From a virus (lineage: Duplodnaviria; Caudoviricetes), in the IMG/VR virus record IMGVR_UViG_3300031519_000079, positions 1-37,418 of that record: DNA of 37,418 nucleotides; one strand, written 5' to 3'. This document shows positions 7,658-16,400 of the stretch, piece by piece; the stretch's first letter is position 1, and each line of letters begins with the position of its first letter. Position numbers and translations under genes: made by a program. The notes beneath the pieces are model-generated. The model was given only the letters and a program-made list of their open reading frames with translations. It was not told the origin of the DNA and did not search any database.

Positions 7658-9017
7658 CTTCTCCGAATGGATTCCTCTGAGTAAAGTCTAAAATACCGTC
7701 AGCTGCTGCTTGAATATTGTCATTATCTGCATATGCGTCGATAAGATCATCTGTATTGACTATTGATAATGTTCTCTGCGCACCAGAATCTTGACCAGTA
7801 ATTGTTTCACCAGAAGAAAATGTTCCATTGGCAATAGATACTCTAAGTTCTCCGGTAGAAGAGATCCATTTTTTGACTCTTGCCTGAGTTCCAGTGGTTC
7901 CGCCGGTAACAATCTCGTTATAAATGTAGTCTCCGTTACCAATTAGTGATGGATTGCCGATTGTAATTGTTGGAGAAACAGTGTATCCATAACCAGCATT
8001 TGAAATACGAATAGCAGTTACAGTTCCAGCAGAACTTACTACTGCTTCACCAATAGCAGTTATGCCAGTTCCAGGAGAACTAAACGTAACAGTTGGAGTA
8101 GTCGAATATCCAGTTCCGCCACTAGTTAGAGTTACTATACCAACACCACCAGTTGTAGCAATACCAACCGTTGTAGCGGCACCAGCACCGCCCCCACCGA
8201 CGAGAACGACAGATGGTGGAATTGTATACCCAGCACCAGGATTAGTTAGTAAGATCGCTTTTACAGATGATGCTGTACTGAATCCAGTTGCTGACGTTGT
8301 AATAGCAACAGCAGTTGCTTGAATTCCTGGTGAAGATGATATAGCTACCTGAGGAGTGGATGTATAACCTTGTCCTTGACTTGTTAGACTAATAAATCCT
8401 ATTCCACCATTAGTAAAGGTGGCAGTTGCTGTTGCAGTCTGACCAATTCCAAGGAGAGTGAGTGTCTCTGCATATCCAGCATCTTCCATGCTGTCATCAA
8501 TATCTTCAATTCCAGTATCAATTACCTCATCTTCATAGCGGAAGACTTCACATCTCAGTTCATAAGTGTAAAGATCTTGTAACTGATAGAATGGGTTAGC
8601 ATATTCTACAAATTTGATTTCATATAATCTATCATCAAGAGGGAAATAAATTAAATCACCACCCTTTGGTCTGGACGCTAGTTTAATATTTTGTTCGTTC
8701 TGAATTAATGGTTGAATATATGTCTCCCATCTCTCCCTTGAAATAATCAATGTAACATCATCTTGCTGTTGCACACCAAATTTTGACATGAGGATACCTG
8801 CACCCTCATATGAATCCGATTTCACATACGCTTCAATAGGGTAAGCATCATCAAATTTGGATTGAATTACTTCCTTAATTATAGTATTAGATGTGATATA
8901 CTTTCTGGGAATATAATGAACATCAACTCCATATGTGCGAAGTTGCTCATTAATCAGATCTTGTACAAGATTCTGCTCACCACGTGTTCCCTGAGTAAAA
9001 TATGGATTAAGTGCCAT
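7653..9017 (-). CDS. gp14: Neck protein (head completion) with inserted repeat domains
   Basis: LNPYF, EQNL..DLI.E...YG.DV.YIPR, SKFG, RP..GDLIYFP, PFYQL and C-terminal DF...NPFG motifs. Confidence 0.93.
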   Translation of the reverse strand: MALNPYFTQGTRGEQNLVQDLINEQLRTYGVDVHYIPRKYITSNTIIKEVIQSKFDDAYPIEAYVKSDSYEGAGILMSKFGVQQQDDVTLIISRERWETYIQPLIQNEQNIKLASRPKGGDLIYFPLDDRLYEIKFVEYANPFYQLQDLYTYELRCEVFRYEDEVIDTGIEDIDDSMEDAGYAETLTLLGIGQTATATATFTNGGIGFISLTSQGQGYTSTPQVAISSSPGIQATAVAITTSATGFSTASSVKAILLTNPGAGYTIPPSVVLVGGGGAGAATTVGIATTGGVGIVTLTSGGTGYSTTPTVTFSSPGTGITAIGEAVVSSAGTVTAIRISNAGYGYTVSPTITIGNPSLIGNGDYIYNEIVTGGTTGTQARVKKWISSTGELRVSIANGTFSSGETITGQDSGAQRTLSIVNTDDLIDAYADNDNIQAAADGILDFTQRNPFGEV

Positions 9018-9856
9018 TATCCGATAAGATCAAGGGGTGGAATTTCATATGTAGACAACATTTGATCGTTAATGTCTTTCAATTCTTGTAATGCATCATC
9101 ATAAATTTGCCTACCATTAAGTTCAATCCCACCAGGAAGTTTCACTCCTTGAAACTTGATTAAGTTCATACCCCACTGCTTCTTCATGATAGCAGTTAAA
9201 TATTTTTTGATGAATCTATCATTATAAACTTTGGTAGTATCATTGGGATCAAGAGCTCTCCAACAATCAATAATAATATAATCGCCTTCTGTAAAATCAC
9301 TCCAATCACAATCGAGATATAACCGCCCCTCTCTAATATTATATCTAATTTGTTTTAATGGATTTAATAAGAAATCAATAGTCTCCAACTTACTCTTTAC
9401 CATGGAGTAAGTTAATAGTTCTAATGAACTATAATTATAAAGATCGTTCAACATCAATTGATATTTAATATTGAACATCCCAGATCCCATTGTTTGAGAA
9501 CCCTGGACCCTATAAATTTTGTTGACTCCGATAATAGAGTCTGGTAATGGAATATAGTTACTATTCTCTAAGTATTTAAATGTACTGGCAGCACCAACTG
9601 TTTCTGATACAGTAGATGTTGTAATACCAGAAAATCCACCCGCTGGTGCTTTGCCCCTAGCAATATCATCAGCTCGCATCTGATATTTCAGAGGCACTTG
9701 TATGACACCATCATAGTGTCTCTCTTGAAAATATTGAATAGCATCGTCAACCAGATCATCGATCTGTTCATCCGCAATATTAATTTCTAATACAGGAGCA
9801 CCAAGTTGCCTGAGACAATACTCAATTAGACCTTGGCGATTAGACGGTTTAGACAT
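9017..9856 (-). CDS. gp13: Neck protein (head-tail adaptor)
   Basis: YCLRQLGAPVLEIN..EQIDD and KKQWG.NL.KF.GVKLPGG.ELNG motifs; GGAGGA RBS at 9865-9870. Confidence 0.95.
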   Translation of the reverse strand: MSKPSNRQGLIEYCLRQLGAPVLEINIADEQIDDLVDDAIQYFQERHYDGVIQVPLKYQMRADDIARGKAPAGGFSGITTSTVSETVGAASTFKYLENSNYIPLPDSIIGVNKIYRVQGSQTMGSGMFNIKYQLMLNDLYNYSSLELLTYSMVKSKLETIDFLLNPLKQIRYNIREGRLYLDCDWSDFTEGDYIIIDCWRALDPNDTTKVYNDRFIKKYLTAIMKKQWGMNLIKFQGVKLPGGIELNGRQIYDDALQELKDINDQMLSTYEIPPLDLIG

Positions 9857-9875
9857 ATTAGGAATCCTCCTATGT

Positions 9876-9883
9876 TATTTAGA
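9876..9883 (-). promoter_or_regulatory. T4-type late promoter
   Basis: TCTAAATA overlapping the upstream stop, followed by GGAGGA and the gp13 ATG. Confidence 0.75.
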
Positions 9884-10259
9884 CAGAGGATGTAACTCCT
9901 GCTCGGACCATCACGTCTCCCTCTACAATTCTATACACAGTGGTTCCACTGCTTACCAAAACATCATATTTATATCTACCATCTTTAAGACCCTTAGTTG
10001 CAGTTGCTCCCATACCAAGATTAATTGTTCCTGTCAGAGTATTAATTCCAACAGCAAACGTTCTTAATGCATGTAAAGAGGAACCAATACTAACTGATTT
10101 AATAAGACTAGCTGCACCACTATAACCATCCAGGTTAAAAGCAGTTCCTCCGATAGTTGTTACAGAGTATGCTGCTGCAAAACTAGCACCAGTGGAGATC
10201 GTTTGATTGACTGCTTGTGCGACCCCTGAGGATGGGTCGAAAGTAAAACTAGCGTCCAT
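9879..10259 (-). CDS. Conserved cyanophage small beta-sandwich protein, probably structural (126 aa)
   Basis: L.GY...A...K, GTI.L......T..L..GRY.YDV and RIVEG.V.V..GVT pattern; TAATG-coupled to the upstream gene. Confidence 0.8.
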   Translation of the reverse strand: MDASFTFDPSSGVAQAVNQTISTGASFAAAYSVTTIGGTAFNLDGYSGAASLIKSVSIGSSLHALRTFAVGINTLTGTINLGMGATATKGLKDGRYKYDVLVSSGTTVYRIVEGDVMVRAGVTSSV

Positions 10260-10471
10260 TATTTTTCTGCAAGTTTAAGTAAAAGTTCTTTGATTGATGA
10301 TATATCTTCCTTCAATGAATTGATATCATTTTTCATAATATCAAATTCTTCACTCTCTTTTGAGTTTTTGTTTCTAAGATAAAGATAGTTTTGATAGGCG
10401 TTGTGATTTGTGTTAACCACAGCGCCTGTATTAGTATCTCTACGAAGATTTGGATGTCCTTCAACTTTCAT
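10259..10471 (-). CDS. Conserved small protein with a C-terminal coiled coil (70 aa)
   Basis: KVEGHPNL.RD..TGAVVN followed by the heptad MKNDINSLKEDISSIKELL; sits directly after the VrlC-like gene. Confidence 0.8.
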   Translation of the reverse strand: MKVEGHPNLRRDTNTGAVVNTNHNAYQNYLYLRNKNSKESEEFDIMKNDINSLKEDISSIKELLLKLAEK

Positions 10472-10472
10472 G

Positions 10473-13400
10473 TTATCTTACCGCAATAGCGCGAAGATTC
10501 TTAACGATAGGCGGTTTCGCTTGATTTGTACCTGACAGTACAATCTTCAATTGGAACCCAACAAACTCAGGAAGATTGTCAATAAAGAATTCATAATCCT
10601 TAAATTCAGTTCTTCTTGCACTTGGTGGAACAAATACATTTGATCTACCATTGTTATTGGCAACATCAATAACGTTACCTAAATCATCGATGTTTTCGTA
10701 TCCTGGGAATAAATTGTATGGAGTTGAATCAATATCTGAATCATCAGTAAAGATCTTGTAAAGAACTCTGATTTCAGCAGTTTGATCTCTATAACCTTCA
10801 AGAAGAACTTTGATTGAGTTGGCAGGATTTGCCAGATCAATTTTCTTAGTAATGTAGATAGCAGCGTTTGGATCTTCACCAGTTACATTGACTCTCTTAT
10901 CAGTAGCAAAATCAGTAACTGCATTATTCAATCGGTTAGAAGTAAGAATCAAATTCACTCTATCTAGATCAACTGCTGGTGATAAGAATGAATTTGTGGA
11001 ACTAAATTCCATATCAAGAGTCACTGACTTATTACCAGGAAGATCTGATAACAGAGTGTTTTCGTTCGTAGTAGAAGCTAGAATTCTTGGAGACTCTAAG
11101 TTATTTGGAGATCCAATAGTGATTGATTCATATCCTTGATCAAGGAATGAAATTTCATTGCCATCAATACTGGTGCCTGTAACTGTTCTAATACTTGCAT
11201 TCAAAGTAGTTCCTGGTAGAACTAATGTCTGAACATTCGGAGTGATAGTTTCAAACTGAATGTTGTTTCCACCGCTTACTGTATCACCACCAACTTTCTT
11301 AGTGGAATTGAATCCAAGTTTGGGGAACGAAGTGTTGGCAGATCTATCAATACCATTTGCTGACATATCAATCTTAACTGCATAAGAATCAAGAGATCTT
11401 GGTCTGGTAGTAGTGGCATCACCAAGTACATGATCACGGTTGATTCTTCTTAGAGAAACACCATTAAGTTCGTACTTAGAAATTAAGTCACCAGCATTGT
11501 GTGCAAAAGTTCCTTTCGAATCGATATTTCTAGTGATGCCAGTAAGAATGCTTCCATTCAATCCAGTATATGAAATCAATTCATTTCCAATGAGTGCATA
11601 TCCAGGATTAGTTGTTCCGACTCCAACGTTTTCGAATGTATCAAACTTAGAAGTATCCGCAAGTCCGATGTTTCCAGATGAAGTAGCATTGATATCAGCA
11701 CTTAGGCTGGTAGGACGCATATCTGATTTAACATTGTTAATAGAAACAGTGTTAGTTCCAGAGTTCATTGCATGATTTCTATGTCTTACATTGAGGTGTA
11801 ATCCATCAAAATTGGAATCTTGTGTAACAGAACTAGCATATTTTCCTGTTAATACTCCAACAGCACCAGTTCCTTGAACAATGTATGTCATTGTTCCAGC
11901 AATACCAGTAACAAATTCTCCCTGAACACCATCAAGAACGATAGAGTTAATTGCAGAAATAATTCCTACACTAAATCTTGCATTTCTTCCTAGGGTAGTG
12001 CTTCCAAGAGTTGTGATTCCGAGTTCATCACCAACACCATATCCAATACCACCGTTTGTAACGAAACAAGATGTAATAGCACCAGCATTAACAGTCACTC
12101 TTGCGACTGCACCGGATCCAGAACCAGATAAGGTGTTTAGATTAGCAGTGTAAGTTGCAAACCCAGCAGAAGGAGTATAACCAATACCGGCGTTGATGAT
12201 ATCAACAGATGCTCCAATTCCAATAGCACCGAGAGTGTTGATTACTACCCCAGTTGCTGTTGGGTTATTGACCTGAGAAATATTGACACCAGGAATAATT
12301 ACAACCTCCATCGAAGCAGTAAGTGTAGATCCTAAACCAACAGTAGATCTTCTAGAAATAGTCTGAACAGGATTAGGACCAAGTTTGGTAATGCCACCAT
12401 TGGCGACACCCATGTCTGGGTTATAGAACGACACATTACCACTTTCGCCAGTAGTAAATTGTGCTCTAAACATAGTAAACTTGATGTCTTCAAACTGACT
12501 TGCATCCCAAGTAGAACCGTTTTGTGACTTGAAGAGTGAACCAAGTAAAGGCTGTTGAGAAATAACAGGTCTTGCGGCGTCCTCTGAGGTTAGAGAATTA
12601 GTGATATCTACTTCACCCATTCTAGAAATCCAGGCACCATATTGAGGAGTATCTGCTAGGAGAACGAATGCATACTCCTGACCACCTTTAAGGTATACTG
12701 GGGATGGGAAAGTAAACTTAGTTGCAACTGATGCATCATCACTAATGTTTACTTGTGATGGTAAGAGATCAAGTTCACCAAATGGAACAATAGTTGTGGT
12801 TGGAGTACCGTCTCTCATTGTTCTAACCTGCATCGTCACTGGTAATGTTTCATCCTTAGTTTGGAAGTAACACTCAATAGCAGTAACGAACATACCCTCA
12901 GCAGAGTTAACAAAGAATGACTGTGCCAAAGGATCTCTTCCACTTGAACATCTTTTTGTAGACGCCGTTCTTGTATTACCAAGATTGGCGGTCGCAATTA
13001 AATTACCCCTATTATCGAAGTTGTAACTTCTTCCGCCGCCGCCTCCACCGGAACGACCACCACCACCGCCAGATCTTCCAGATCTACTGGCATATGATCT
13101 GCCCGATCTCCCGGAGTTTCTATTGGACGTATAGGATGCTCTTCTGCCAGAATTGAGCCTTGCTGTTGAAATTAACCTACCATTTCCATCGAAGTGCCAG
13201 GTTCTTCCGCCAGATCTAGATCTTGTACGGGATCTACCACTTCTTCTGGTATTATTTGTTCTACTAGTCCTTCCACCACTTCCACCACAAGAAGTAGGAG
13301 CTCCTGGGCGTGTCAAAAGAACCGCAGTGTTGTAAATTAAACCCTTTTCATAATCTCCAACAGCCCGTGCATATGCAGTGTACGAACTGTAACCATTGTT

Positions 13401-16400
13401 AACAGCAGTTGTATATGCAACGTAACGAGCATCACAGTTAGCTGCTGGATTTTGTCTTACGTTTCTTAGGATAGTATCCGCAGATTTTTCACTAAGAACA
13501 TCGCTGGTTGAACCAAGAATATTTTCAGCAGTGGTGTTCTCCTGGAACACCGATTTGTGTAAGGCAGTTGATCTTACAGAAGCAACACTTTCCTCTGTAA
13601 ATTCTAATAAACCACTTGCTTGGAAAGTTGTTTCCGCAGATGTTTGATTCAGTGAAGAAATAAACGTTGTTTGAGGAATTGAAGTTAGTTTGACAATCTT
13701 AGTGCCAGCAATAAACTGGGGATTGCTTGCTTTGGATGGATCTGGAATGTAGATACAACCAATAACACCACCAACTTCGTCTGTTATCAATCTGATATCA
13801 GAAACAGTTGCCTGTGCTCCACTCGTCAGTCCTTTAAGAACCATTCCTCGACGAGGATATCCAAAGAAGTCTCCACTGGTTTGTGCTGCCAAAGAAGTAG
13901 TGTCAACGTTTAATATAGATGAAACAGATGAATAATCATCCGGTAAAGTCTCATCATTGTTGTATGGGTTTAATGTAAACGTATTACTGGGATCATCGTA
14001 AGGACCGGATTTATGATTCGCAGTCGCAACTCTAAACTTAAACGTTCCAGTGGCTTCATTGGGAAGTGGATTGATCTGAGTAAGACTCTGCACCATGGAT
14101 CCAATTACAGTCTCACCAGAAGTAAATGTACCAGAAGTCATGGAAACTTCCATTAACTTAGGTGCCATGTAATCAACCATGTTCTTGTTATCCAAGATTG
14201 GATAAACCTGAGTTCTAGGTCTTAGTTTAGTTCCCGTAAATTCAATATTACGAGATCTCATGTAGATAATATTGGATCTGTTCAGAACTCTACTACCAAC
14301 AATTTGCTTTCTGGTATGAGGTGATTTTCTGATTGAAACACCATCTCTTGTCTTACTGAGAAGTTGAACATCAGCAACAGTTCTTACAACCTTAGTTGTA
14401 GTTGTCTTAATATCATCTGTTACATTGAGTTGTTTTGTTGTAGAGGATACAACCGTGTCATCAGATGTTCTTGTTTCTCTACCAATAACTGTGTCTACCC
14501 AAGATCCCCATTCAATCTCAGCAAATCCTTTTGCTTCATCAATTCCAATTGTTTGTGTTGATGCTACAAAATCAGGACCAGTGGTATCAAATTCATATGT
14601 CTTAATTACTTTCTGATCGACCCAAATATCAGAAGATGGATAAAGATGTAGTGTCCCTGTCCAATTAGTGACTAAGAATGGGTTTACAGACTCAACACGT
14701 GATGCAAAAATATTTTGCATTACAACTAGATCTGCATAGTTAAGAGTAACTAGATCGCCAGTTTTTCTAATATTTGGATCTGTAAGTTGATTATTAAAAC
14801 GTTGATCCAAAGTATTTGGTGAAGATACACCAATACCAGTAATTGCAGCAGTCGCAAGCACCAGGTCAATTGACGTGGTGTAGTGAGATGGTCTCAGTTC
14901 ACCATTATAGGTATCAATAGAACAACTAAAATCTTCGTTACTTTGATCTTGGATCTGATGAGTTTTAAAATTATCAACAAAGAAACCACTCTTAAATCTA
15001 TCAAGACCCTTAGCATCTTGAATTGTAAGTGCCTCAGTTTCTTTTTCTAACAGTGAAAGTGCAGTGTAATACTCTAAATTGGTAATTCTATTATCAAGAT
15101 CACCAATATCTTTCATAGTATATCTCTTATGATCTAATCTTTGAATAGATGCACTATCAAGAGAGAATAAGTATGGGGGAAGACTGATTGTAGCAACTTC
15201 CAAGCTTTCGGTTAATGCAGCAGGTAGTTCTGGATTTTCAGAAGGAACGCCATTAACAACGTTAAAATTACCAGCAGAATCTAAGAATACCCTATCAATT
15301 CTACCGAGATAGTATTCATAGTTAAGAACAATGTTTTCATCTGATACTAAGATATTTGAAGTTGACTGTCCGCTTTGAGTAAAGTTTCTAGATGCAAAAT
15401 CAAATGGAGATAATGTGGAGGTTGAACTGTAATCACCAACTCTTGGTCTGATGTCAATTATATCAGTATTTCTTATACCATTGAAAGATGGGATGTCATT
15501 AGAATATAGTTCATTTTCATAACTTTCTGATGTAAATACATCACCACTATCCTCTGCACCAACAACAAAGTTTTGGAAAATAATTCTTAATTTTCTCTCT
15601 GCACTTTCTCTATTTTTTCTTCTTACAATTCTTCCATAATCATAGAAAGAATTTCTTTGACCATTGTCAACGAGGTAATCCTCAGTAACATTTTTATCTG
15701 CTTGACCTAGACTCGTAACTGTCGCAGCAACACTAGATAATTGTCCAATAATTCTTTCGTCAAATGTAAATGTTTTTTCATTCAAGTAAACAAGTTCTAC
15801 AACTGTTCCGGAGATTGTTGAAACAAGTCTAGCAACTGCTTTTGTTTCTTCACCAATAATTTTTTCTCCAACAATAAAATCAGATGTGGTTTGATTAGGA
15901 CCACTAATAGATGTCAGAGTTGCAGTGGGGAGATTTGGATCATTCTGATCATCAGATTCAAATATACCAAGAACTCTAAGAACATCTGGTTTGTTTAGAG
16001 AGATTTCTTTGTCTTGTACCCTAGTTCCATATACGTTACTATACGTCAGTCCATCATTAAGAGTAGTTGAACCAATTCCAGAAGCAGTGTCACTGGATCT
16101 AGTAACTAGGACGGAAGAAACATTATTAAGTAATTTTTGTTTTTGAATAACTTTATTTTTGTTAAGAGTTGCAGCAACTCTAATGTTTGTTTCTGCTTCT
16201 CTTGCCAGACCACTAATGGTAACTGTTTTTGAATTAGTAGATGGTACAACCATATCCTCTGTTAAAGGTTGGATGGTGCCATCTCGATAAGCAACATGAT
16301 ATCTCTCCTCATCAAATGGGAGATAGAATTGATTATCAGCAGCTGTTGGTAATGTAAGTGTACTGGAAGCAGATGAAACGTTAGTAAAGACTTTCTTGAT

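Noticed and set aside
12980-13212. Two imperfect repeats in VrlC as a possible DGR template/variable repeat pair
   Set aside because: Differences are not restricted to adenines (e.g. ACC/AGT, TGG/TAC), both copies are in frame, and no reverse transcriptase is present in the window.
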